The notes: generated by a model from the sequence alone, not told the origin. Shown: positions 18,060 through 27,253, counted from the stretch's first letter. The stretch is 61,116 nt of DNA from Ignavibacteriales bacterium (GCA_037443685.1 JBBINX010000006.1:1-61116); one strand, 5' to 3'. Numbers and translations: made by a program.

Positions 18060-21000
18060 CTATTTTAAAAGTGTAAACTTCTTCACAGAATTAAATGAAC
18101 CGGCCGTAAGTTGATAGAAATAAACACCGCTTGCCAAACCATTTGCGTTAAAATTCACGCGGTAATTACCGGCTTTCATTTCCTCATTGACCAAGGAAGT
18201 AACTTCCTGTCCGAGCAGGTTATAAATTTTCAGAGTAACCAATCCGCTTTTTGGTATGGTGAAATCGATAGTAGTCGCCGGGTTAAACGGATTTGGATAA
18301 TTTTGACTTAATGAATAAACATCAGGAAATCCAGACCCGACCTCATTCACACTTACTCTGATCGAGTCAGCTCCGCCAGCTTCGTAATAACGCGCTGCAA
18401 ATTCCTGCAAGAATAAATTTGCGACCCGGTTGTCTTTTACTATCACAGTGTTTTCATCATTTCTGTTTTCTGCTGCGTTTGACCAGTTATGCGAACCGGT
18501 AATTAAATACGAGGTTAATCCAAACGGTTCAGCATCAACAATTGCGTATTTGTGATGTAAGAATCCTGTCCCTGCTTTTAAACGAACATCTACACCATTC
18601 GTCTGCAAGTAACTGAATTGATTTCCGTCATCAGTATTGTTGCTCATAATTACGCGTGTTTTTCTTAGTCTATTTTTTTGAGCAATTATAGAATCAGCCA
18701 GTTCTTTTCTCGTGAATGAAAGAATTGCAACAGCGATTGAGCCTTGTGCTCTTCCTAAAGTTTTGCCTATATATGATGTTGTTCTGTCGGTTGGACTGAA
18801 ATAGCATTCAACAGGCACTCCACCGATAACGAATTTATGTGGTGTATTGTTAATCTTTCTAGCGCCGAATCTTGAATTTGCTGAGTTAGGTGAATCAGTA
18901 TTGCTTCCCCACATTTCTTCAAACTCACGTGTGTATGCCCCAGCTAATGCGACATCTTGGAATTCTATTACATTCTGTCTGTCATCATATGTTCCGGGGT
19001 CGGTTGGATTCCAGGAGCCAGTCCAAACCCAAACACTATCGGGAGCGCCGTTTCGATAGTCAAACACAAAAAACTTGTTGTGGTGTAAACCTGTCCCGTC
19101 ATTCGCACCATAGAAATCATTAATTACGGGAATTCCATTTGTGCTTAATGTTGACCAAGGGACAGTAGTTCTAGTATCATACTCACCAATAACGCGAACT
19201 TTCACACCCCTATTTTTAGCATTCACTAATGCACTGGCGATGGTTGCGCCAGGTGTACCGCTTAAACTGTAGAGTGCAACATCAATAGAGCGCCGAGCGT
19301 TATTAATTCTTTCAACAATTTTTGATGTATAATCAAAATTACTCAATGCAATTTCGCCAGTAGAAACCGAGGTGTTTACAGTTTTATTAAAATAAACATT
19401 TATCATTCCGGTTGTAGGAGATTTTGATGTAGTGCTGGCAATTAAATTTCCCGCAAAGCTTGTGTCTGTTCCCGAAACAGAAAATGCCTGGATGTTATAA
19501 ATTGTAGCTGAAGTCAAACCTGTTATTGTAACTGAATGAGATGTTCTTAAATCATTGTCTGGTGCGATAACGCCCAATTCATAATTTGCCGTAACACCAT
19601 ATCGCACGCGTGAAGTTCCATTGTTGATGGTTTTCCAAACAATTGTCAGTGAGGAAGAATCGATATTTGATTCTTCAGGAGATACTAAAAATAACGGTCC
19701 TGTAGAGATGATGTCTGTTGTAAATCGAGGCATAATTTGATAACCACCGATTAAAGGTGAGGTAGTTTTATACTGGCTAACCACACCAATCACATCGAAA
19801 GCTCCGGCTGGGGCAACAGTTCCAACTATATTGACACTTTCATCAATCCTTATCTGTACTGTGTCTGTCGGCGAAACTCCTCTCAGGCGATAATTTTTTC
19901 CGGATGTAGCGCCACTCCATGTCGTAACAGGACTTCCGTTTATTTCAGTTACAGTTACTCCGTTTAACCGAACTAATAAACCCTCATAATTTTCGATTCC
20001 ACCAATTCCATCGTTGTTGACCTGAGTTGGTGTTAATAACAATGGGTCAACTGTATTTCCTGTACTTATAATTGAATGTAGAGTAGGATTTTCGATTTGA
20101 TTTAATCCCCCGAACTGCGTAACATTACCGCTTACTAACACTTCGTCGCCGATATTTACTGATGCCGAGAATGGCACACTATAAATAGACATGCCACCAG
20201 AATTATCTTGAATATAGGATGGACTTGGAAATTGATTTGAAACTGTAATAATTCCACGCACCGTTACAAGATCGCCGATTCTTGTAGAAGCTCCGTTAGC
20301 ATCGTTCACTTTAACTTCGCTGATCGGAATTGCTGCACCATAAACAGTAATTACCGGGATAGGAGCAACATCACCATAACTTCCGTTTGCACCCGATTGA
20401 GTTTTAAATTTATACTTACCCGTAAAAATTGCTGATGTTATCGGAGAAATTGTAATCTCTGTTGAATCTATGTTGAACGAGATATCCGTAAAATAAATTG
20501 TATCCCCGATTACATTAGCAGTTGCAGTCATGTTTGTATAGTTGACATTGCTAATATTCTTTGACCATGAAAATTCGGGTGGAACGATTATTCTTAAATT
20601 GTTAACCGCAAAAGCTGGGTCTTTTCGATATGTAATTTTAATTGTTGTATCTACACTTCCAGTTAATAGTGTGGGTGCTATAGAAACCGAGCCAGATCCT
20701 TCTGGGCGAGCTCGTAACAAACTTATCCATGCTGAATTAGCCGTAGTGTTACCTGAGCCACGTGTGATAGTTGAAGAATTTTGTGACCAATTTGTGACAG
20801 TTGTAAGTTGATTAACATTATCACCATTAAAAAAAGTAGTAGTATTCGACGTTGAAGCTGTTGTAAAGTGAACTTTTGGCGAAGGAATGCTATTTACATT
20901 GGCAGCTCCCCAAGAAACGCCGAAAATATGGGTTTGTACAGTATTACGGATTTGCACCGCGTCGCTGGTTCCAGCAATTGAAAAAACCGTGCCCGTAAAG

Positions 21001-21338
21001 TAGGTGGAATTATTTGATTTGACTGTTAATGTATAATCGCTTGCATCTAAATCTTCTGCAAATGTATTCTCAGGTCGGGCAACAATTATTATAGTACCTG
21101 ACCGTAAATTATTCCACAAGGCATTTGTGGTAAAAACTAATGGGGCGATGGGACTACCTGCACTACTAAAGTCTCTTATATCCCAACCTCTCATATCTAA
21201 ACCGTCTTGAACGACAAGCAATTCAATCCATTCATCGTTGGCGCTTGAATTATAAAGTTCATTAATAATAACCGATTGTGAAAAAATAGCAGACGTCGTA
21301 AATATTATTAATGTAAAAATAAATGCAAATTTATTCAT
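18060..21338 (-). CDS. Secreted multidomain protein: lamin-tail domain, OB-like domain, FN3, two-HKD phospholipase-D-like domain, T9SS C-terminal sorting domain
   Basis: Signal peptide MNKFAFIFTLIIFTTSAIFSQ. LTD start VIINELYNSSANDEWIELLV. ExeM/NucH-type OB-like block GDLVTVRGIIT...GDEVLVSGNVTQFGGLNQI. FN3-like LTIVWKT...RVRYG...YNIQA. HKD motifs LHHNKFFVFD and LHHKYAIVD...GSHNWSNAAENRNDEN. CTD NYPNPFNPATTIDF...GVYFYQL...KKFTLLK. Confidence 0.85.
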   Translation of the reverse strand: MNKFAFIFTLIIFTTSAIFSQSVIINELYNSSANDEWIELLVVQDGLDMRGWDIRDFSSAGSPIAPLVFTTNALWNNLRSGTIIIVARPENTFAEDLDASDYTLTVKSNNSTYFTGTVFSIAGTSDAVQIRNTVQTHIFGVSWGAANVNSIPSPKVHFTTASTSNTTTFFNGDNVNQLTTVTNWSQNSSTITRGSGNTTANSAWISLLRARPEGSGSVSIAPTLLTGSVDTTIKITYRKDPAFAVNNLRIIVPPEFSWSKNISNVNYTNMTATANVIGDTIYFTDISFNIDSTEITISPITSAIFTGKYKFKTQSGANGSYGDVAPIPVITVYGAAIPISEVKVNDANGASTRIGDLVTVRGIITVSNQFPSPSYIQDNSGGMSIYSVPFSASVNIGDEVLVSGNVTQFGGLNQIENPTLHSIISTGNTVDPLLLTPTQVNNDGIGGIENYEGLLVRLNGVTVTEINGSPVTTWSGATSGKNYRLRGVSPTDTVQIRIDESVNIVGTVAPAGAFDVIGVVSQYKTTSPLIGGYQIMPRFTTDIISTGPLFLVSPEESNIDSSSLTIVWKTINNGTSRVRYGVTANYELGVIAPDNDLRTSHSVTITGLTSATIYNIQAFSVSGTDTSFAGNLIASTTSKSPTTGMINVYFNKTVNTSVSTGEIALSNFDYTSKIVERINNARRSIDVALYSLSGTPGATIASALVNAKNRGVKVRVIGEYDTRTTVPWSTLSTNGIPVINDFYGANDGTGLHHNKFFVFDYRNGAPDSVWVWTGSWNPTDPGTYDDRQNVIEFQDVALAGAYTREFEEMWGSNTDSPNSANSRFGARKINNTPHKFVIGGVPVECYFSPTDRTTSYIGKTLGRAQGSIAVAILSFTRKELADSIIAQKNRLRKTRVIMSNNTDDGNQFSYLQTNGVDVRLKAGTGFLHHKYAIVDAEPFGLTSYLITGSHNWSNAAENRNDENTVIVKDNRVANLFLQEFAARYYEAGGADSIRVSVNEVGSGFPDVYSLSQNYPNPFNPATTIDFTIPKSGLVTLKIYNLLGQEVTSLVNEEMKAGNYRVNFNANGLASGVYFYQLTAGSFNSVKKFTLLK

Positions 21339-21361
21339 AAAAATACCCTGATAAAATGATT

Positions 21362-21388
21362 AAAAATAAGAGGCAAAAGCCCCTTTTT
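21362..21388. terminator. Terminator-like GC hairpin with U/A runs on both sides, 30 nt upstream of the PLD gene start
   Basis: agaggc-aaaa-gcccct (21369-21384), flanked by aaaaa upstream and ttttt downstream. Reads as hairpin plus U-run on either strand. Confidence 0.4.
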
Positions 21389-21831
21389 GATTTAAAAAAC
21401 TGTATAAGACTGTGAAAATCTAATAAAATTTAGTGAGAAATCAAAGGATAATCACTAATTTCTAAATAATTTGAAAAGCTTGTGGCTGAAAAATCATTGC
21501 GATCGAGACTGACCCAAAAGTATAGAATAATACTGTCCGCATTAGGCGTATTATTTCTTCATCTATTCCTAGTAAGCAGATTTAGAGGGATTAGATTCTG
21601 ATCCCGACAAAAGTCGGGACGGAATGACTCCTTTTCTTACTTAATGTCAACCACTTGAAGTAATCTCACTTTCGAAATCAACAAAACAATATAAGATTGC
21701 TCCGTCTCACGCTCTTTGAGCGGGATCCTAGCAAAGACATTTTTATCTTGGTAATATTCCCTTCAAATATCAGAAATCAAAAACCGCAGCTATTATTATA
21801 ATCTCCGATCTAAAATCTACAGTTTAAAATT

Positions 21832-22485
21832 TTATAGATTCTTTATCACTTTCACTACTTTCCAAATAAACGAAACGTCTCGTCTTTTCACTGAAACCGG
21901 CTCAAATTCAAGATTTAGCGGTATTAAATGGATATGTGTATCATCGAATTTTATTTTTTTGAGGACATCCTCATCATTTACCCGAACCACACATATATCG
22001 CCATTTCTCGTTTCATGTTTTGGGCTGACTACTACAATATCGCCATCTTCAATCCGTGGCGACATACTAGCTCCTTTTACAACTAAGGCAAAAGCATTCG
22101 GGTCGTTAATATTGTCGATGGTTACATAACTCTCTACATAATCAGGATGGAACATGGGTGCAGTTCTTCCAGCTGGAACTGAAGATAGAAGCGGAACTTC
22201 TACTAAAGGAATTCTTTTCAGTGCATTTGGTTTTTGAAACGGAAGAATTTTTCCTGGTGCTGTTGGTAATGGATACATCTCATTTTCACCGGTTAAAAGC
22301 CATTCGGGACGGACGCCTAAATGTTTAGCGAGTCGCATCAAAAAGTTGCTGTCGGGAACTTGCTCTCCTTTTTCCCAGCGCTGGAGCGTACGTACTGCAA
22401 CATCAACTTTTGTTGCAAGTGTATGTTGGTCAAGCTCTTTATTTTCGCGAGCTTCACGGATTCGGATTCCTATTGTTGTTTTCAT
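21832..22485 (-). CDS. XRE-family HTH / S24 peptidase repressor (LexA- or phage CI-like)
   Basis: N-terminal Cro/CI HTH (LDQHTLATKVDVAVRTLQRWEKGEQVP). C-terminal S24 fold with the Ser block VKGASMSPRIEDGDIVVV and the Lys block DEDVLKKI. Confidence 0.85.
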   Translation of the reverse strand: MKTTIGIRIREARENKELDQHTLATKVDVAVRTLQRWEKGEQVPDSNFLMRLAKHLGVRPEWLLTGENEMYPLPTAPGKILPFQKPNALKRIPLVEVPLLSSVPAGRTAPMFHPDYVESYVTIDNINDPNAFALVVKGASMSPRIEDGDIVVVSPKHETRNGDICVVRVNDEDVLKKIKFDDTHIHLIPLNLEFEPVSVKRRDVSFIWKVVKVIKNL

Positions 22486-22617
22486 ATTTTAATCCTTATG
22501 AAATTAAAATAAAGTACATTGAACCACAAAATGTGCGAAGGTGTCGAGACGAACGCACAGAGTTTATACACATGGTTTTTTATGTATCTACACCACCTAT
22601 TGTGGCTTTTATAAGTC

Positions 22618-22633
22618 TTGACATATTTGTCAA
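22618..22633. promoter_or_regulatory. 16-bp palindrome TTGACA-tatt-TGTCAA (candidate operator)
   Basis: Perfect 6-bp inverted arms. 133 bp upstream of the XRE-S24 start, in the divergent region shared with the DUF47-PiT operon. Confidence 0.4.
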
Positions 22634-22650
22634 TATTATTATTGAGCATA

Positions 22651-22662
22651 GACAATTTTGTC
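22651..22662. promoter_or_regulatory. Second GACA-N4-TGTC palindrome (GACAA-tt-TTGTC)
   Basis: Shares the GACA-N4-TGTC core with 22618-22633. An extra TGTCAA half-site lies at 22693-22698. Confidence 0.35.
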
Positions 22663-22965
22663 GTATGTAAAGATAATGCTTTTTTGTACAGATGTCAAGT
22701 TTTGAAATCTTTCAGTTTGAATATTTCATCGCTGTCTAAAGGAGTCTCGCAAAGGGATTCTGTTGGAACTTTGGAACGGTGAGGAGGTTCATTTCGAATT
22801 TGAACTTTATAACAGATTGTATTTTTATACTACAATTGGTATATTATTACAGTTTTAAGGCAAATTTGAAGAACTCCTAAATCAGCCAAATGAACGAATA
22901 TAAAATTAGGCACAAACAACTCAAACTTGGCATCCTAACTATCAACCATCAACAAAGAGTAGGTT

Positions 22966-23613
22966 ATGAACATAAATAAATATATCCAAAAACTAATTCC
23001 TCGCCACGATAATTTCTTCAACTTATTTGAAGAAGACGTTAAAAATTTAGCTTATGGTATCAGAACTCTGTATGAGGCTTTCAAGTTTCCGTTGACTGAT
23101 GAAAATAGGGCTAAGCTCAAACTTATTGAGGATATTGAACACAAGGGCGATTTGATAACACACAAGATATTTAACGAAATGGGATCTTCATTCGTAACTC
23201 CTTTTGATAGAGAAGATATACAACTTTTAGCTGCATCAATAGACGATGTGCTCGACCATATTAACGGAGTTTCAAAACGTGTGATATTGTATGAAATAAA
23301 TCATTTTCCGATTGAAGGAATTCAAATAATAGAAACTTTAAAAGATTCCATATGCGAATTAGAAAAAGTGATTCCAATGCTGAGAGATATGGATAACAAG
23401 AATGGGATCCTCGAAGCGTGTGTTCATATGAACAGTTATGAAAATAAAGCAGACGACCTCTTCGAGCTTGGTGTTGCAGATCTTTTCAAAACGTGTAAGG
23501 ATCCTGTTGAGTTGATAAAAATAAAAGAAATCCTCGTAGGATTAGAAGGTGCCACAGATAAATGCGAAGATGCTGCAAATGCTGTTGAAAGTATAATCAT
23601 AAAGAACACTTAA
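22966..23613 (+). CDS. DUF47 / PhoU-like phosphate transport regulator (TIGR00153-type)
   Basis: 215 aa helical protein. F.LFE......A..L......L..IE.KGD.ITH.IF..L...FVTPFDREDI pattern. Immediately precedes a PiT transporter, as is usual for this family. Confidence 0.8.
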   Translation: MNINKYIQKLIPRHDNFFNLFEEDVKNLAYGIRTLYEAFKFPLTDENRAKLKLIEDIEHKGDLITHKIFNEMGSSFVTPFDREDIQLLAASIDDVLDHINGVSKRVILYEINHFPIEGIQIIETLKDSICELEKVIPMLRDMDNKNGILEACVHMNSYENKADDLFELGVADLFKTCKDPVELIKIKEILVGLEGATDKCEDAANAVESIIIKNT

Positions 23614-23625
23614 TAAAGAAAAACT

Positions 23626-24660
23626 ATGCTTGAATTTACAATATTTATTATACTTATTGCACTCGTTTTTGATTTTTTGAACGGCATGAACGATGCGGCG
23701 AATTCGATTGCCACAATCGTTTCGACGCGTGTCTTGTCTCCGAGACTTGCTGTTTTATGGGCTGCATTTTTTAATTTCGCCGCTGCATTCGGTTTCGGCG
23801 TTCATGTAGCTACAACAATAGGGAAGGGTATCGTAAATCCGGCTATTGTTGACCATGAATTAATTTTGTCGGCTTTGATTGGTGCAATCATTTGGACACA
23901 TGTATGCACGCATTATGGGCTACCGATAAGTGTTTCTCATTCACTAATCGGTGGATTGGCTGGGTCTGCGGTAGCAAAAGTCGGCTTTGATGCTTTGGTA
24001 GCCAGCGGTTTAATTAAAGTAGGTATTTTTATTTTTCTCTCGCCTCTGATTGGTTTGTTCCTAGGATTTATTTTTATGGTGATAGTCATGTGGATTGTTC
24101 GAAAAAAAACACAATCGAAAGTCGATAAAATTTTTAGAGTAGGTCAGTTGATTTCTTCTGCAGCTTTTAGTTTAGGGCACGGTACAAACGATGCACAAAA
24201 GACTATGGGTATTATTGCAATTCTTCTTTATAGTGCACGTGATAGTTTGCAGAATGTAGGGTTACCCGATTGGATTTACATTAGTGGTGAATTCTATGTC
24301 CCTTTTTGGGTAGTGATAATCGCACACTTGACAATTGCCGCAGGCACGATGTACGGCGGATGGAAAGTAGTTAAAACGATGGGAATGCGTTTAACACATC
24401 TTCAACCGATAGGCGGTTTTTGTGCAGAAACCGCAGGTGCATTTGTACTTTTAGGAACTGCTGTTGCTGGAATACCAGTTAGTACTACTCATACTGTTGC
24501 TGGAGGAATCATGGGTGTAGGAGCTACAAGAAGACTTTCTGCTGTTCGGTGGAGTCTAGCCGGTAAAATTGTGTGGGCTTGGGTCCTGACTATACCAATT
24601 TCAGGGTTGGTTGGTTATGGAACTTTCATGATAATCGATTCGGTATATCAATTATTTTAA
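23626..24660 (+). CDS. pit: Inorganic phosphate transporter, PiT family
   Basis: GMNDAANSIAT and GHGTNDAQKTMGII signature repeats of the PHO4/PiT family. 344 aa polytopic. Confidence 0.9.
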   Translation: MLEFTIFIILIALVFDFLNGMNDAANSIATIVSTRVLSPRLAVLWAAFFNFAAAFGFGVHVATTIGKGIVNPAIVDHELILSALIGAIIWTHVCTHYGLPISVSHSLIGGLAGSAVAKVGFDALVASGLIKVGIFIFLSPLIGLFLGFIFMVIVMWIVRKKTQSKVDKIFRVGQLISSAAFSLGHGTNDAQKTMGIIAILLYSARDSLQNVGLPDWIYISGEFYVPFWVVIIAHLTIAAGTMYGGWKVVKTMGMRLTHLQPIGGFCAETAGAFVLLGTAVAGIPVSTTHTVAGGIMGVGATRRLSAVRWSLAGKIVWAWVLTIPISGLVGYGTFMIIDSVYQLF

Positions 24661-24680
24661 ACATTGTTGGGAAACCGAAT

Positions 24681-25751
24681 TTGGATATTTCGTTCGCTAA
24701 CACATTGAAGAAGCATACTAAGGAAGGTTCGCTATATACAAAAATAGATAGCGATTTAGTAGAGTGCTATGCCTGCGGACACCGGTGTAGAATAAAACCT
24801 GGGAGAGATGGAATTTGCAAAGTTCGATTCAATCAAGACAGTAAATTGTATGTGCCATGGGGATATATTAATTGTGTTGCGGTCGATCCAATAGAAAAAA
24901 AACCATTCTTTCACGTGCTTCCAGGTTCAGGGGCAGTAAGTTTTGGTATGGTTGGATGCGATTATCACTGTAGCTTTTGCCAGAATTGGATTTCGTCGCA
25001 AATTTTACGCGACCAGCAGTCTTTAACTCGCATTGAGCCGATTGACCCTGAGGATATTGTAAAGTTAACTCACGATTACAAAGCTCAAATAATTACCAGC
25101 ACCTACAATGAACCATTGATTACGAGCGAGTGGGCTGTTGATATATTTAAAATAGCCAAAAGATATAGACTTGTAACCGGGTATGTTTCGAATGGGAACG
25201 GAACTCCCGAAGTCTTAAATTACCTCCGACCTTATCTCGACCTTTTCAAAATTGATTTGAAAGGATTTAATGATAAAAGATACCGTGAACTTGGCGGAGT
25301 TTTACAAAACGTTTTGGATACGATTAAGTTAGCTTATGAAAAAGATTTTTGGGTGGAGGTTGTAACATTAGTAATTCCCAACTTCAACGATTCCGACAGT
25401 GAGTTAAAACAAATTGCAGAATTCATTGTATCAGTTTCGCCCGATATCCCATGGCATATTACGGCATTCCACCCCGATTATAAGATGACTGACCGTTCAA
25501 GTACGTCCGTTAAAACACTATTACGCGCATCGCAGATTGGTAAAGCGGCAGGGCTAAATTATGTATATGCCGGTAACTTGCCAGGTAGGGTAGGAGGAGA
25601 AGAAAATACTTACTGTCCGGTGTGCAAAGAGCTTCTCGTTGAACGATACGGGTATAATATATTACAGAATAATATTGTTAATGGAGAATGCTTTAAGTGT
25701 AGAAAAAAAATCCCGGGCTTTTGGACTAAACCCGGGATTAAAATGAGTTAG
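24681..25751 (+). CDS. AmmeMemoRadiSam system radical SAM enzyme (AmrS-like)
   Basis: VECYACGHRCRIKPGRDGICKVR, DPIEKKPFFH, GCDYHCSFCQNW, C-terminal CPVC...CFKC ribbon. Start uncertain. The ORF-track ATG at 24573 would overlap pit by 88 nt. In-frame TTG codons at 24681 and 24705 give more typical N-termini. Confidence 0.8.
   Translation: MDISFANTLKKHTKEGSLYTKIDSDLVECYACGHRCRIKPGRDGICKVRFNQDSKLYVPWGYINCVAVDPIEKKPFFHVLPGSGAVSFGMVGCDYHCSFCQNWISSQILRDQQSLTRIEPIDPEDIVKLTHDYKAQIITSTYNEPLITSEWAVDIFKIAKRYRLVTGYVSNGNGTPEVLNYLRPYLDLFKIDLKGFNDKRYRELGGVLQNVLDTIKLAYEKDFWVEVVTLVIPNFNDSDSELKQIAEFIVSVSPDIPWHITAFHPDYKMTDRSSTSVKTLLRASQIGKAAGLNYVYAGNLPGRVGGEENTYCPVCKELLVERYGYNILQNNIVNGECFKCRKKIPGFWTKPGIKMS
25701..25739 (-). 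terminator. Rho-independent terminator of dnaB, embedded in the last codons of the convergent AmrS gene
   Basis: Minus strand reads AAUCCCGGG-(13 nt)-CCCGGGAUU (perfect 9 bp) followed by UUUUUUCU, 27 nt after the dnaB stop. Confidence 0.65.
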
Positions 25752-25765
25752 TTAAAAAATATCTA

Positions 25766-27250
25766 CTAAAAAGGCGGCTCCTCTATAGATGAGGTTGCAG
25801 GTAATAGAGCTTCTAACGAATCGAAAGCGCGGTTTTCGAATCCCGCGTGTTCCTTGATAAAAGTTAGACGTGCGATACCAGTAGGACCGTTACGCTGTTT
25901 ACCGATAATAATCTCAGCGAGACGTTCAGTCGGTATTAAATTGCCATTCTCATCTTTGACCGTTTCGATATTAAACATTTCGGGTCTGTGTACAAATAGA
26001 ACCACATCAGCATCTTGTTCAATCGCTCCCGACTCCCTCAGGTCAGCCAACACCGGTCGTTTATCACCTCCGCGAGTTTCTACAGCACGGTTCAACTGAG
26101 ATAATGCTATCACCGGTATGTTTAGTTCTTTTGCCAATGCTTTCAGTGAACGTGATATCATAGAAATTTCGCGTTCTCTGCTCTCTAAACTTCTTGGTGG
26201 ATGTACCAATTGGAGATAGTCGATAATCACCATTCCGATATCGTGTTCTGCTTTTAAGCGTCGCGCTTTTGCGCGGATTTCGAGTATCGATAGAGACGGT
26301 GAATCGTCTATGAAAATTTTCGCTTCGGCTAAACGTCCGACAACCCTGCTTAATTTTTTCCACTGATCTTCGGGGAGTCTTCCTGTTCTGAGCGAATGCG
26401 CATTGACGCGTGCTTCAGATGAAAGCATACGCGTTACTAACTGCTGCTCAGACATTTCTATACTAAATATCCCAACTGCCGTTTTTTTTACAGGATGGAG
26501 GGCAGCATTCCTTGCGATCGAAAGTGCCAACGCGGTTTTTCCTTGACTTGGTCTTCCGGCAACAATAACTAAATCGGAATTTTGAAAACCGCCAGTCAAA
26601 TTATCCAAATCGGTAAATCCACTCGGCACACCTGTAATTCCTCCGTGCATACCGTGCAATTTTTCTAAACTCTCGAAAGCTTCAGTGAGAGCTTTTTTAA
26701 TCGGCGTTGTGCTTCTCTTTAATCGATGTTCGGATATCTGAAAAATTTTCGTCTCTGCTTCATCGAGTAAATCAATTGCATCTTCTGTTTCGTTATATGC
26801 ACGAGACGCGATTTCGGATGAAGTCACTATTAAACCACGCATTAATGCTTTTTCAAGTATAATGTGTGCATGGTATTCCACGTTAGCAGCAGTAGTTACT
26901 TTTACAGAAAGCTCAGAGAGATAAACCTGTCCGCCTATATCTTCTAAGGTTCCCCTTCTGCGTAGTTCTTCGGCAAGAGTTACGGTATCAACAGGTTCGT
27001 TTCGATTAAAAAGTGCAATTATTCCTTCAAAAATTTTTTTGTGAGCGATTTTATAAAATGTTTCGGGGTGTAAGATTTCTAACAATTTTGGAACTGCTTC
27101 TTTATCTATTAAAGCGGCACCTAGAACTTGCGATTCAACATCTACGGCTTGTGGAGGCACACGTCCTTGATGCATTGCGTCTATATCGATTTCTCCGCTG
27201 AATGAACTCGATTGTTCTTTTTTCTTGCTTTTCTTTTTACTCTCAGTCAT
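25766..27250 (-). CDS. dnaB: Replicative DNA helicase DnaB
   Basis: PPQAVDVESQVLGAAL, GRPSQGKTALAL (Walker A), IIDYLQL, ISRSLKALAKELNIPVIALSQLNR, RESGAIEQDADVV. Confidence 0.93.
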   Translation of the reverse strand: MTESKKKSKKKEQSSSFSGEIDIDAMHQGRVPPQAVDVESQVLGAALIDKEAVPKLLEILHPETFYKIAHKKIFEGIIALFNRNEPVDTVTLAEELRRRGTLEDIGGQVYLSELSVKVTTAANVEYHAHIILEKALMRGLIVTSSEIASRAYNETEDAIDLLDEAETKIFQISEHRLKRSTTPIKKALTEAFESLEKLHGMHGGITGVPSGFTDLDNLTGGFQNSDLVIVAGRPSQGKTALALSIARNAALHPVKKTAVGIFSIEMSEQQLVTRMLSSEARVNAHSLRTGRLPEDQWKKLSRVVGRLAEAKIFIDDSPSLSILEIRAKARRLKAEHDIGMVIIDYLQLVHPPRSLESREREISMISRSLKALAKELNIPVIALSQLNRAVETRGGDKRPVLADLRESGAIEQDADVVLFVHRPEMFNIETVKDENGNLIPTERLAEIIIGKQRNGPTGIARLTFIKEHAGFENRAFDSLEALLPATSSIEEPPF

Positions 27251-27253
27251 AGT

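Noticed and set aside
21832-22485. Prophage or integrative element around the CI-like repressor
   Set aside because: No phage, integrase or att-like direct repeats lie within 10 kb on either side. The flanking genes are a T9SS cargo gene and a phosphate transporter operon.
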